From NCBI GenBank assembly GCA_020721445.1, contig DYMU01000002.1:138085-202084 (forward strand): a stretch of DNA of 64,000 nucleotides. Reading direction: 5' to 3'. The DNA comes from Gemmobacter nectariphilus. GTDB taxonomy: Bacteria > Pseudomonadota > Alphaproteobacteria > Rhodobacterales > Rhodobacteraceae. Positions within the stretch are counted from its first letter, which is position 1, and each line of letters starts with the position of its first letter. The notes under the pieces were generated by a model. The model made no database searches. It was not told the origin of the DNA and saw only the letters and a program-made list of their open reading frames with translations. Shown here one piece after another: positions 30,133 through 39,416 of this stretch. Both the position numbers and the translations under genes were made by a program.

Positions 30133-30533
30133 GCGGGCTTGTCCTGAAACTCGGGCCGCATGAACGGGTGCTGATCAACGGTGCGGTGATCGAAAATGGC
30201 GATCGGCGATCGAGGCTTGCCATCATGACGCCCAATGCGCACATCCTGCGCTTGCGCGATGCGATCCACCCCGAAGAGGTGAATACCCCCGTCCGCCGCG
30301 TCTGCTACATCGCGCAGCTTGTGCTGTCTGGCGATGCGGATGCCAAGGACGCCCACCTGCAACTTCTGCGCGGCATCGAGCAATTGAGCCAGGTTCTGAC
30401 AGACCCCGACAGCCGCCTGCAATTGAGCGTTGCCAGCAAAGCCGTGGTGGATGGGCAGCATTATCAGGTTCTGAAATCGCTTCGCAGCCTGTTGCCGCGG
30501 GAAGAACGTTTGATGGCGGTGGGCGCGTCATGA
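30129..30533 (+). CDS. flbT: flagellar biosynthesis repressor FlbT
   Basis: MSGLVLKLGPHERVLINGAVIENGDRRSRLAI is the typical FlbT N-terminus. ATGA overlap with the flaF stop. Confidence 0.88.
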   Translation: MSGLVLKLGPHERVLINGAVIENGDRRSRLAIMTPNAHILRLRDAIHPEEVNTPVRRVCYIAQLVLSGDADAKDAHLQLLRGIEQLSQVLTDPDSRLQLSVASKAVVDGQHYQVLKSLRSLLPREERLMAVGAS

Positions 30534-31342
30534 CCTTCACTCCGGTCATCCCGATAGGGGGGTTTGCAGGTTGGGCCTTCCTCAAGCGCACGATGGACCA
30601 ACAAACCAAAGCCTTTCAGGCGCAGCCCTCCGAACATCGCGACGAGGCCTATTTTCGCGACAAGATCGGCAGTATTGAAAGCGCTGAACAACTGGTGGCC
30701 GATTCGCGCCTGTTGCGGGTTGCCCTGACCGCCTTTGGCCTGCAAGACGATGTTGGCAATAAGTTCTTCATCCGCAAGATCCTTGAAGACGGCACATTGA
30801 AGGACGATGCACTGGCAAACAAACTTGCCAACAAACAGTACAGAAAGCTGTCCAGTGCCTTCGGCTTTGGTGATTTTGCGACCCCGCGGACCAAGCTTTC
30901 AGACTTTGCCGACAAGATTCTTGTGCCTTACAAACAGCAGCAGTTTGCCGTGGCCATTGGTGCCCAGAATGAAGACATGCGCCTTGCCTTGAACGCCGAA
31001 AAACAGCTGGCTGAGCTGGCGACCGAGCCTGTCAGCGCCCTGTCGAAATGGTACACCGTGCTGGGCAGCCCACCCTTGCGACAGATCTTCGAGACGGCCT
31101 ATGGGCTTCCCACGGCTTTCGGGGCGATCGACATCGACAAGCAGGTCGAAACCTTGCAGCAGCGGTCGCGGGCAGCATTCGGATCAGATGACATCGCCCA
31201 ATTCACGTCGCCTGAGGTCATGGAAAAGCTGGTCCGGCAGTTTCTTGTCCGGTCCGAACTGTCTGCCGGGTCGGCTGGCCTGTCTTCGGGTCAGGTGGCG
31301 CTTACCCTTTTGCAACAAAGCAGCGGTCGCTACAGCGCCTAG
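30530..31342 (+). CDS. DUF1217-like flagellar-associated protein
   Basis: 270 aa; TPVIPIGGFAGWAFLKRTMDQQTKAF...AEQLVADSRLLRVALTAFGLQDD matches my recollection of DUF1217. ATGA overlap with the flbT stop. Confidence 0.75.
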   Translation: MTFTPVIPIGGFAGWAFLKRTMDQQTKAFQAQPSEHRDEAYFRDKIGSIESAEQLVADSRLLRVALTAFGLQDDVGNKFFIRKILEDGTLKDDALANKLANKQYRKLSSAFGFGDFATPRTKLSDFADKILVPYKQQQFAVAIGAQNEDMRLALNAEKQLAELATEPVSALSKWYTVLGSPPLRQIFETAYGLPTAFGAIDIDKQVETLQQRSRAAFGSDDIAQFTSPEVMEKLVRQFLVRSELSAGSAGLSSGQVALTLLQQSSGRYSA

Positions 31343-32649
31343 CCCTCAAGACAGTGACGCAGCCTCGCGAAACTGCCGGTGACCCCTGTTTTCGGCGCAT
31401 CATCTGCCATCAAGGCATCAAGCGCCGGCCACAGACGGATGGCCAGATCAACCATCGGATCGCTACCCTTTTGGTAAAGACCCGCTTGCACCATCATCTC
31501 GGCCCGGTCCCAGGCCGAAAACAATGTGCGCGCGCGGGTGATCAGGGCGTTTTCGTCTGCCGTCGCGGCCTGAGGCAGGCTGCGCGACACCGACCGAAGC
31601 ACGTCGATCGCCGGAAAGCGGCCCCGCTCGGCGATACGCCGGTCCATCACGACATGACCATCCAGCACGCCGCGCAGAATATCGGCCACCGGTTCATCCA
31701 TGTCGGACCCCGCGACCAGCACTGAAAAGACCGCCGTGATGTCGCCTTGCCCATCCTCGCCCGGACCTGCCCGTTCCGCCAAGGACATGATGGCGTGTTG
31801 CAACGAGGGTGGATAGCCGCGCAAACTGGCCGGTTCGCCGGCGGCGAGCGCGATTTCACGATGTGCTTCGGCAAAGCGGGTGACGCTGTCCACCAAGAGT
31901 AAAACATGGTTGCCCTGATCGCGGAAGTATTCGGCAACTGCCATGCCAGTCAACGCACAGCGGCGACGTAACAGCGCCGAGCGGTCAGACGTGGCGGTGA
32001 CAACCACACAGCGCGCCATCCCTTTTGGACCAAGGATGGTCTCGGTGAACTCGCGCAGTTCGCGGCCGCGCTCACCCACCAGGGCAATCACCACCACATC
32101 GGCGGTCAGTGCGCGGGCAAAGCTGCCCAGCAAGCTGGATTTTCCGACCCCCGACCCTGCGAACAGGCCGATCCTTTGCCCCCGCACGATGGGAAGAATC
32201 GTGTCAAACACCACCTTTCCCGTACTCAGACGCGGGCCCAGCCGCCGCCTGCGCGCCGGCGCCGGGGGGGGGGCTGTCAGACGCCGTGACTGGCGGCCCG
32301 ACAGAAGCGGTCGCCCGTCCAGCGGCTTTCCCGCAGGGTCGACAATTCGGCCCAGCCAGCTTGCATCGGGTGAAATCAGGGCGGGCCCGCATAGCGCGAC
32401 CTCGGCGGCAATCGTCAGACCCTCCATCCCGTTGTCTGGCAAAACGGTCAAGGCATCCGGGCCAAGCGCGATCACCTCGCCCCCCGTTGCCCGCAGTGCC
32501 CCGATCTCGACCCGGTCCCCGAGGGCTGCAACGTGCTGTAGCCCGCGAACCTGAAGCGTGCCTGCCCCGACAGATACCACCCGCCCGATCGGATGCGAAA
32601 CCGCGACACGGGCGATTTCATGGCAAAGCGGCGCAAAGATATCGGTCAT
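31339..32649 (-). CDS. fliI: flagellum-specific ATP synthase FliI
   Basis: Start set at ATG 32649 (MTDIFAPLCHEI...). Walker A GSGVGKSSLLG and Walker B HVLLLVDSVTRFA; 436 aa. The longer ORF-track version runs antisense through flgB. Confidence 0.93.
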   Translation of the reverse strand: MTDIFAPLCHEIARVAVSHPIGRVVSVGAGTLQVRGLQHVAALGDRVEIGALRATGGEVIALGPDALTVLPDNGMEGLTIAAEVALCGPALISPDASWLGRIVDPAGKPLDGRPLLSGRQSRRLTAPPPAPARRRRLGPRLSTGKVVFDTILPIVRGQRIGLFAGSGVGKSSLLGSFARALTADVVVIALVGERGRELREFTETILGPKGMARCVVVTATSDRSALLRRRCALTGMAVAEYFRDQGNHVLLLVDSVTRFAEAHREIALAAGEPASLRGYPPSLQHAIMSLAERAGPGEDGQGDITAVFSVLVAGSDMDEPVADILRGVLDGHVVMDRRIAERGRFPAIDVLRSVSRSLPQAATADENALITRARTLFSAWDRAEMMVQAGLYQKGSDPMVDLAIRLWPALDALMADDAPKTGVTGSFARLRHCLEG

Positions 32650-32705
32650 CGCAATCTCCTTTTGTTCCCTTATACGCTTTCTAAAGGAATCACCCCTAAG
32701 AACTG

Positions 32706-33113
32706 ATGAAAGAGGTCGAGGGAGAAACCCCGGTGTTAGAAAAACTTGGACTGACCAGCATGGCGCAGGCGCTTGCGGCCCATGCAGGGGCCCGGCTGGA
32801 GACGGTGGCGCGAAACGTCGCCAATGCAGACACCCCCGGCTACCGTGCTTCCGATGTTCCAGAATTTGCCGCCATCTACGAGGACCACGCATTTGCGCTG
32901 CGTGGGACAAGGGCAGGGCATGTTCTGAATGATCCCGCTCAGATGTGGGCCCCAATTCAATCAGGCGACGGCATGGCGCCGAACGGCAATGACGTCTCGC
33001 TTGACGCGCAGATGATGAAGGCCACAGCGGCCCGTCAATCGCATGAAATGGCCCTGGCGATTTACCAAAACACCTCCGACATCCTGCGCATATCGCTTGG
33101 CCGCAACAGCTGA
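32706..33113 (+). CDS. flgB: flagellar basal-body rod protein FlgB
   Basis: ARNVANADTPGYRASD rod-protein motif. The real start may be GTG 32733, which is preceded by GAGGGAG. Confidence 0.85.
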   Translation: MKEVEGETPVLEKLGLTSMAQALAAHAGARLETVARNVANADTPGYRASDVPEFAAIYEDHAFALRGTRAGHVLNDPAQMWAPIQSGDGMAPNGNDVSLDAQMMKATAARQSHEMALAIYQNTSDILRISLGRNS

Positions 33114-33124
33114 AGGGGACGATC

Positions 33125-33505
33125 ATGACGGATCTGTTGACTGCTGCGTCGATGTCAGCCTCGGGCATGAAGGCCCAGGCCATGCGGCTGCGCCACCTGT
33201 CGGAAAATATCGCCAACGCCGATACCCCCGGATACCACCGCAAGGTGGCCACCTTCCGCGAGGCGGTTGACGGCGGTTCTGTGGCGCTTGGCCCGGTCCG
33301 TCTGGATCAGGCAGAGCTGCAGAAAATCTACGATCCCGGCCATCCCTTGGCCGACGATACCGGTCACTACGATGGATCGAACGTCGATCTGGTGATCGAA
33401 ATCGCTGACGCGCGCGAAGCGCAGCGCAGCTATGAGGCGAACCTCAAACTCTTCGATCAGGCGCGGCAGATGACGCAAAGCCTGTTTGATCTTATCCGTC
33501 GATAG
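33125..33505 (+). CDS. flgC: flagellar basal-body rod protein FlgC
   Basis: SENIANADTPGYHRK and the C-terminal EIADAREAQRSYEANLKLFDQARQM motif. Confidence 0.92.
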   Translation: MTDLLTAASMSASGMKAQAMRLRHLSENIANADTPGYHRKVATFREAVDGGSVALGPVRLDQAELQKIYDPGHPLADDTGHYDGSNVDLVIEIADAREAQRSYEANLKLFDQARQMTQSLFDLIRR

Positions 33506-33516
33506 GGAGATCCAGA

Positions 33517-33807
33517 ATGGATATCAAGACGTCCCTGGCCATCGAGGCCTATACCCAAACCCGTTCGGCGGCAGCGCCCGCGCTGTCGCCGGACTCGGCC
33601 GAAGAGGGTGCCGCCCGCTTTCTGGGCAGCTTTGCCGAAACCCTCGCCCAAGGCGAAAATACCGCCCGCGCCGCCATGACCGGTGCCGCCGATCCACATG
33701 CTTTGGTCGAGGCTTTGGCAAGCTCCAAGCTTGCGGTGGAAACGGTTGTGACGGTGCGTGACCGGGTTGTCGAGGCCTATCAGGAAATCCTGAGGATGCC
33801 GGTATGA
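33517..33807 (+). CDS. fliE: flagellar hook-basal body complex protein FliE
   Basis: 96 aa; C-terminal ...LASSKLAVETVVTVRDRVVEAYQEILRMPV. Position after flgC. Confidence 0.8.
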   Translation: MDIKTSLAIEAYTQTRSAAAPALSPDSAEEGAARFLGSFAETLAQGENTARAAMTGAADPHALVEALASSKLAVETVVTVRDRVVEAYQEILRMPV

Positions 33808-34082
33808 CCGCAGCTTTGACCGAAGGCGTGATTTTTGACATTCTCCGGCAAGGGTTGTGGATTGCCGTCACCATTTCGGCACCGCTGTTGACGGTTGCTC
33901 TGGTGGCCGGCGTCTCGGTGGGCCTGTTTCAGGCTCTGACCTCGGTTCAGGAAATGACGCTGACCTTCGTGCCCAAGGTTGGGGCGATGCTGATCGTCTT
34001 CTGGGTGTCGATGAGTTTCATGACCTCGACCCTGGTTGCCTTTTTTACCGATGCGATCATTCCGTTGATCGAAGGACGCTGA
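33804..34082 (+). CDS. fliQ: flagellar export apparatus protein FliQ
   Basis: 92 aa with two TM helices; GLFQALTSVQEMTLTFVPK is the FliQ/SctS signature. Confidence 0.9.
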   Translation: MTAALTEGVIFDILRQGLWIAVTISAPLLTVALVAGVSVGLFQALTSVQEMTLTFVPKVGAMLIVFWVSMSFMTSTLVAFFTDAIIPLIEGR

Positions 34083-34083
34083 C

Positions 34084-34791
34084 ATGGAAACCCCCGGCTA
34101 TACGACGCTGACCCGGCAATCCGGTCTGATGCGCGAAATGCAGGTGATTGCCCACAATATCGCCAACCTTTCGACGGTCGGCTTCCGCCGTGAGGGCGTG
34201 GTGTTTTCCGAATACATCTCCCGGCTGGAGGGCGAGCCATCCCTGTCGATGGCCAATGGCAACGCCCGCCATGTCGACCTTGGCCAAGCCGGGCTAAGCC
34301 AGACCGGGGGAACCTATGACCTTGCCCTTCAGGGTGAGGGGTTCTTTCTTGTCTCGACCCCCGATGGTGACCGGTTGACCCGAGCCGGGGCTTTCACGCC
34401 CTCGGCCGAGGGCGTGCTGGTCACGCCCGACGGTCACGCACTGCTGGATGCCGGGGGGGCACCGGTGCCGGTTCCGCTGGGTGCCCGCACGGTGGCGATC
34501 GCGGCGGATGGCACGATGTCTGCGGACGGTGCCCCGGTGGCCGAGATCGGTGTCTGGCAACCGACAGACCCGCTGACGCTGCGCCATCAGGTCGGCACGC
34601 TGTTCTCTGCGGATGGCGTTGAACCCGGCACGGCCACGCTGCACCAAGGTTTTCTGGAGGACAGCAACGTCGAGCCGGTTTCCGAAATTGCCCGCATGAT
34701 CACCGTTCAGCGCGCCTATGAGCTTGGCCAGACCTTTCTGGACAATGAAGATCAGCGCCAACGCAGCGTCATTCAGACCCTTGGCCGATAG
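34084..34791 (+). CDS. flgF: flagellar basal-body rod protein FlgF
   Basis: IAHNIANLSTVGFRREG near the N-terminus and a C-terminal GFLEDSNVEPVSEIARMITVQRAYE. Confidence 0.88.
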   Translation: METPGYTTLTRQSGLMREMQVIAHNIANLSTVGFRREGVVFSEYISRLEGEPSLSMANGNARHVDLGQAGLSQTGGTYDLALQGEGFFLVSTPDGDRLTRAGAFTPSAEGVLVTPDGHALLDAGGAPVPVPLGARTVAIAADGTMSADGAPVAEIGVWQPTDPLTLRHQVGTLFSADGVEPGTATLHQGFLEDSNVEPVSEIARMITVQRAYELGQTFLDNEDQRQRSVIQTLGR

Positions 34792-34800
34792 GAGAGCTTT

Positions 34801-35586
34801 ATGAAAGCCTTGCAAATCGCGGCGTCCGGCATGGCCGCACAGCAGATGCGTGTCGATGTGGTGTCCCATAACCTGGCAAACATGTCGACCACCGGCTACA
34901 ACGCCCGGCGTGCCGATTTTGCCGACCTGCATTATCAGCAACTTGCGCGGCCCGGGTCGGTCTCGGCCAGCGATGGAACCATTCTGCCCACCGGGGTGCA
35001 ACTTGGCCTTGGGGTGCGCCCGGCAGCGGTGTCGGTCGTTTTGGCCCAGGGCCCCATCGGGCAGACCGGCGGTGATCTGGACATTGCCATTGAAGGCAAA
35101 GGCTATATCGAAGTCACCTTGCCGGGTGGCGGCGCGGCCTATACCCGCGATGGCGCGCTGAAGCGGACGGGCGATGGCCTGATCGTCAATTCCGAAGGCC
35201 ATGAGGTGGCGCCCGGCATCACCATTCCGTCTGATGCCCGGACCTTGGCGATCAATGCCGACGGCGAGATTTATGCCTATTTTGCCGACCGGATCGAACC
35301 GGAACAGATCGGCCAGTTGTCGCTTGTCGGGTTTACCAACGACAAAGGGTTGGAGGCCATCGGGTCAAACCTGTTCGTTGAGACCGAAGCCTCGGGCCCG
35401 GCGCTGCAAAGTACACCGGGCGAGAACGGGCTTGGCACGCTTCGACAGGGCTATCTTGAGGAAAGCTCGGTTGATGCTGTTCGCGAAGTGACCGAGTTGA
35501 TCAAGGCGCAGCGCGGCTATGAGTTGAACGCCAAGGTGATCACTGCGGCCGATCAGATGCTGTCTGCCACCTCGCAGGTGCGGTGA
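34801..35586 (+). CDS. flgG: flagellar basal-body rod protein FlgG
   Basis: MKALQIAASGMAAQQMRVDVVSHNLANMSTTGY and GYLEESSVDAVREVTELIKAQRGYELNAKVI. Confidence 0.93.
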   Translation: MKALQIAASGMAAQQMRVDVVSHNLANMSTTGYNARRADFADLHYQQLARPGSVSASDGTILPTGVQLGLGVRPAAVSVVLAQGPIGQTGGDLDIAIEGKGYIEVTLPGGGAAYTRDGALKRTGDGLIVNSEGHEVAPGITIPSDARTLAINADGEIYAYFADRIEPEQIGQLSLVGFTNDKGLEAIGSNLFVETEASGPALQSTPGENGLGTLRQGYLEESSVDAVREVTELIKAQRGYELNAKVITAADQMLSATSQVR

Positions 35587-36005
35587 TGCGGTGGGTGGTT
35601 CTTTGCCTTCTGCCGGTTCCAGTCTGGGCTGACGCGGTGGTGACAACCCGGGTGATCAAGGCCGGCATCGTGCTTTCAGCCGATGACCTGACGGTGGTTG
35701 CAGCTGATATCCCCGGCACACTGACCGATCCCAGGCAAGTGGCGGGCCAAGAGGCGCGGGTGGCGATCTATCCGGGCCGACCAATCCGCCGTGACCAGAT
35801 CGGCACGCCAGCCATCATTGACCGCAATCAGATTGTGCCCCTCGTCTATGTGGCGGCGGGTCTGTCGATTGTCACCGAGGGTCGCGCGCTGTCGCGTGGC
35901 GGTCCGGGTGATACCATTTCCGTGCTCAATCTGTCGTCGCGCAATACGGTTCACGGGCAAATCCTGCCCGACGGCAGCGTGCGCGTCGGCCCGACCGAAG
36001 GATGA
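35583..36005 (+). CDS. flgA: flagellar basal-body P-ring formation chaperone FlgA
   Basis: 140 aa, signal peptide, SAF-like segment (IYPGRPIRRDQI). Position between flgG and flgH. ATGA overlap with the flgG stop. Confidence 0.8.
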   Translation: MMRWVVLCLLPVPVWADAVVTTRVIKAGIVLSADDLTVVAADIPGTLTDPRQVAGQEARVAIYPGRPIRRDQIGTPAIIDRNQIVPLVYVAAGLSIVTEGRALSRGGPGDTISVLNLSSRNTVHGQILPDGSVRVGPTEG

Positions 36006-36733
36006 CCCCAATGCGTTCTGCCGCCATTCTTGCCGGGCTGGTTCTGTCTGGCTGTTCCCCGCTGGATCAGGTGGGGAGGGCCCCCGATTTCTCACCGCTT
36101 GAGGGCAGTTATCAGCATCATGCGATGTATTCGAACCCGATGCCCGATCAGGCTGACCCGGACAGGGCCATGGATGGATCATCGCTTTGGACAGCCGGCC
36201 ACGCCTCGCTGTTGGGTGACCGTCGCGCCGATGGGCGCGGGGATATCCTGACGGTCGTGATCCAGATCGATGACAAGGCCGAAATCTCCAATTCCTCGGA
36301 CCGCAGCCGTACCGGGAACCAGAGCATGGGCATCCCGTCGCTGCTGGGCATTCCGCAGCGCCTTGATCAAAAGCTGCCCGAGGGCGCAAGCTTGGCCGAG
36401 GCGGTCGAGACTGGCTCATCGTCGACATTTTCGGGCGATGGGTCGGTCTCGCGCGAGGAAAAGCTGACCCTGCGGGTGGCGGCAACCGTGGTCGAGAAAC
36501 TGCCCAACGGTGTCTTGCGGATCGAAGGCCAGCAAGAAGTGCGGGTGAACTTTGAACTGCGAGAGTTGATCGTTACCGGATATGTCCGCCCCTCAGACAT
36601 CTCGCGCACGAATGAAATCACCTATGACAAGATCGCTGGCGCGCGGATTTCCTATGGCGGACGCGGGCGGATCAGCGATGTGCAGCAGCCGCGCTATGGT
36701 CAGCAGATCACCGATATCCTGCTTCCTTTTTAA
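36002..36733 (+). CDS. flgH: flagellar L-ring lipoprotein FlgH
   Basis: Lipobox LVLSGC. DILTVVIQIDDKAEISNSSDRSR and ISYGGRG FlgH blocks. Confidence 0.9.
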   Translation: MTPMRSAAILAGLVLSGCSPLDQVGRAPDFSPLEGSYQHHAMYSNPMPDQADPDRAMDGSSLWTAGHASLLGDRRADGRGDILTVVIQIDDKAEISNSSDRSRTGNQSMGIPSLLGIPQRLDQKLPEGASLAEAVETGSSSTFSGDGSVSREEKLTLRVAATVVEKLPNGVLRIEGQQEVRVNFELRELIVTGYVRPSDISRTNEITYDKIAGARISYGGRGRISDVQQPRYGQQITDILLPF

Positions 36734-36742
36734 GGGTTTGAC

Positions 36743-37216
36743 ATGCGCAAGTTGCTTCCCGTCTTTCTGATCCTGATCGGTCTTGGTGCCGGCACTGCCG
36801 GCGGCCTCTTTTTGCGGCCGGCCCCGATGCCAGAGACGGAAGAGGCCGAGCCGCATGCCGAACAGGCGCACACAGCGGCCGACCCTGAACATATGCCCGA
36901 ATTTGTAAAACTGACCAATCAGTTCGTTGTTCCGGTTGTCGAGGCGGAGCGTGTCACCTCGCTCGTGATCCTGTCGCTAAGCCTGGAGGTCACGGCAGGC
37001 AGCACCGAAACCGTCTACGCGCAAGAGCCCAAATTGCGCGATGCAGTTTTGCAAATGCTGTTTGACCACGCCAATACCGGCGGGTTTCGCGGATCGTTCA
37101 CCGATGCCGACAATCTGGTGATCCTGCGTCGCGGCCTGCTGGAAGTGGTGCAGGCGATCCTTGGCGATCTGGTCACCAATGTGTTGATCACCGATATTGT
37201 CCGGCAGGACAGCTGA
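36743..37216 (+). CDS. fliL: flagellar basal body-associated protein FliL
   Basis: 157 aa with a single N-terminal TM. FVKLTNQFVVPVV... and DIVRQD patterns typical of FliL. Confidence 0.75.
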   Translation: MRKLLPVFLILIGLGAGTAGGLFLRPAPMPETEEAEPHAEQAHTAADPEHMPEFVKLTNQFVVPVVEAERVTSLVILSLSLEVTAGSTETVYAQEPKLRDAVLQMLFDHANTGGFRGSFTDADNLVILRRGLLEVVQAILGDLVTNVLITDIVRQDS

Positions 37217-37224
37217 CCCGACCG

Positions 37225-37554
37225 TTATCGTTTCTTCACGATCTTGCCCAACACCTCGGACCGACCAAATGAAAGCCGTGCTGCGGTCTGGGCGGCCATC
37301 CAGACCACCGTTTCGCGGGCAAGCTGCTGGTTCAATTGGCTGCGGCGGTTGGCGGTCCAGGTGCCAAAGCGGTCACTGACCTGGCCGGCGATGGCGAGGT
37401 TCAAATCCGCGGTTGAGCGGGTCTGATCCAGCGCTGCCAGCAAGTCTTCGGTCTTCGATTTTGCCGATCCTGCGGCGCTGAGCCGGGACAGATCGCGGTC
37501 ACGCAGAAGATCTGCGATGCGTCTGAGGTGCTGCAAGCGGTTGGCGTCGGTCAT
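37225..37554 (-). CDS. hypothetical helical protein coupled to flhB (possible FliJ-like export component)
   Basis: 109 aa. Its ATG shares one nucleotide with the flhB stop (cTGATGacc on the minus strand), so it is the last gene of the flhA-fliR-flhB operon. Charged, helix-prone sequence with no family I recognise. Confidence 0.6.
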   Translation of the reverse strand: MTDANRLQHLRRIADLLRDRDLSRLSAAGSAKSKTEDLLAALDQTRSTADLNLAIAGQVSDRFGTWTANRRSQLNQQLARETVVWMAAQTAARLSFGRSEVLGKIVKKR

Positions 37555-38639
37555 CAGATCTGTCCTTTCGCGCGGTTTCGCATGGTCTCGGCAAAGCGGA
37601 TGGCCGCCGCGACCGCCTTGAAGTGCTCTCGGGCAATCGGCTGGCCAATGTCGACGGTGGCAAACAGCGCGCGGGCGGTTGGCGGGTCAGACAGAATGGG
37701 CACCGCGTGCTCGATGGCCCTTTCCCTGATCCGGCGGGCCAGATCGTCAACACCCTTTGCCACCACGACCGGCGCCGTTCTTGACCCGCGGCTCCATTTC
37801 AGCGCCACGGAATAATGCGTCGGGTTGACGATGATGACATTCGCCTGCGCCACCTCGGCCAACATCTGGTTCATGGCGATTTCCTGGCCGCGTTGGCGTC
37901 TTTGTGCCTTGGAGTGCGGGTCGCCGTCGCTGTCTTTCTGCTCGTCGGTCATGTCCTTGCGCGACATGCGGTTGCGCCGCATCAGCGCATTGTGTTGCCA
38001 CAGATAGTCAACGGCCCCAAGGGACGCCGTCAGCAGCATCGCAATCCCCAGGAACTGCCCCAAAAGCGCAAGCAGGTGCAGGATGCTTAGACGTGGATCA
38101 ATCGTGACGGTCGCCAAAAGCCCTTCGGCGTGGTGGGTCAGAAACCAGCCCAGCGTCAGCGCAACCAGCACCAGTTTCACCACGCTCTTTGCGAATTCAA
38201 AAAGGCCGCTCCCGCCGAACTTTTGCTTGGCCGTCGACAGTGGCGAAATGCGTGAGAGTTTTGGTGCCAGTTTCGACGGGGCAAAGACCAGCGCACGCTG
38301 TGCGATCAGTGACAGCAGGCTTGCCGCTGACGGAAGCAGCAGAAAAAGCGCTGCCGGCAGGGCGACTGACGCCAGCAAGCCGCCAACAACCGTGCGGGCC
38401 GACCCGCTGGCCAGTCGGGCGATGTCAGGCGCCTGATCGATCAGCACCACGCCGGTTTGTGCCGCCATGCCGACCGCACCCGCGCCCATGAAACCGGCCA
38501 AAAGCAGCCCGCCATAGGCCGCCGCCGCCGTCAGTTCGGTGGACTTGGCGATATCGCCCTGCTTGCGCGCATCGTCCAGCTTCTTCTGGCTGGGGGCGTG
38601 TTCCTTGTCGTCGGGGCTTTGCTCGCTGGACTGGCTCAT
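37554..38639 (-). CDS. flhB: flagellar export apparatus switch protein FlhB
   Basis: EKEHAPSQKKLDDARKQGDIAKSTEL N-terminus and an NPTHY autocleavage motif (IIVNPTHYSVAL). Confidence 0.92.
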   Translation of the reverse strand: MSQSSEQSPDDKEHAPSQKKLDDARKQGDIAKSTELTAAAAYGGLLLAGFMGAGAVGMAAQTGVVLIDQAPDIARLASGSARTVVGGLLASVALPAALFLLLPSAASLLSLIAQRALVFAPSKLAPKLSRISPLSTAKQKFGGSGLFEFAKSVVKLVLVALTLGWFLTHHAEGLLATVTIDPRLSILHLLALLGQFLGIAMLLTASLGAVDYLWQHNALMRRNRMSRKDMTDEQKDSDGDPHSKAQRRQRGQEIAMNQMLAEVAQANVIIVNPTHYSVALKWSRGSRTAPVVVAKGVDDLARRIRERAIEHAVPILSDPPTARALFATVDIGQPIAREHFKAVAAAIRFAETMRNRAKGQI

Positions 38640-38645
38640 GGCGGA

Positions 38646-39416
38646 TCAGGGGATCGGATGCATCGGGTCGGTCAGGAATGCGCTGAACGCCTCAAGCCAG
38701 ACAGACAGGACAAAGGGGGTGACCATGGCCAGAACCACCAGTCCGCCCAGGCTGAGGGCCGGGGCCCCGATGAACGACACCATCAGTTGCGGCATGGCGC
38801 GATTGATCACCCCAAGGGCGACGTTGTAGAGCAAGGAAATAATCACGAAGGGCATGGAAATCATGAAGGCAAGGCTGAACGCCCGCCCCACCTGCGCGAC
38901 GCCAAACTCTGTGATGGCGGCTGATTTCGGCCATTGCCCGCCCGGCAGAAGATCATAGCCTAGAAGCAGATAGTCGATTACCCGCAGGGCAAGCCCGCCC
39001 TGCACGGCCAAGGCAAGCCCGGCGGCGACCAGCAGTTTCGAAATCGCAGGCTGCGCCTCGGCCCCGGCTGGAAAAAGCTGTGACAAGGAAGTGGCGTTGG
39101 CCACTATGCTGCCCGCCGTCATCAGCGCAAGGATGAACAATCGCAGCCCAAGGCCAAGGGTCAGCCCGATGGCGACCTCGGGGAACGCGCCTTGCACCAG
39201 CGGAACCGATTGAAGGGCGGGCAGCACAGCGGGGGCGATGGCGGCGCTGAACATCACGGCCAGAACCAGCCTGATCCGCGCGGGCACGGATTGCTCGCCA
39301 AAGGCGGGAAGGGTGGCCATCACCGCACCAACCCGCAGAAAGACCAGCGCAGCAGCTTCGGCCTGATCGGCAATGGCACCCTGATAGGCCAGAAGCAGGC
39401 GGAGAAGTTCGGTCAC
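38646..39416 (-). CDS. fliR: flagellar export apparatus protein FliR
   Basis: 256 aa polytopic membrane protein. Position between flhA and flhB. Typical FliR length and hydrophobic pattern. Confidence 0.88.
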   Translation of the reverse strand: MTELLRLLLAYQGAIADQAEAAALVFLRVGAVMATLPAFGEQSVPARIRLVLAVMFSAAIAPAVLPALQSVPLVQGAFPEVAIGLTLGLGLRLFILALMTAGSIVANATSLSQLFPAGAEAQPAISKLLVAAGLALAVQGGLALRVIDYLLLGYDLLPGGQWPKSAAITEFGVAQVGRAFSLAFMISMPFVIISLLYNVALGVINRAMPQLMVSFIGAPALSLGGLVVLAMVTPFVLSVWLEAFSAFLTDPMHPIP

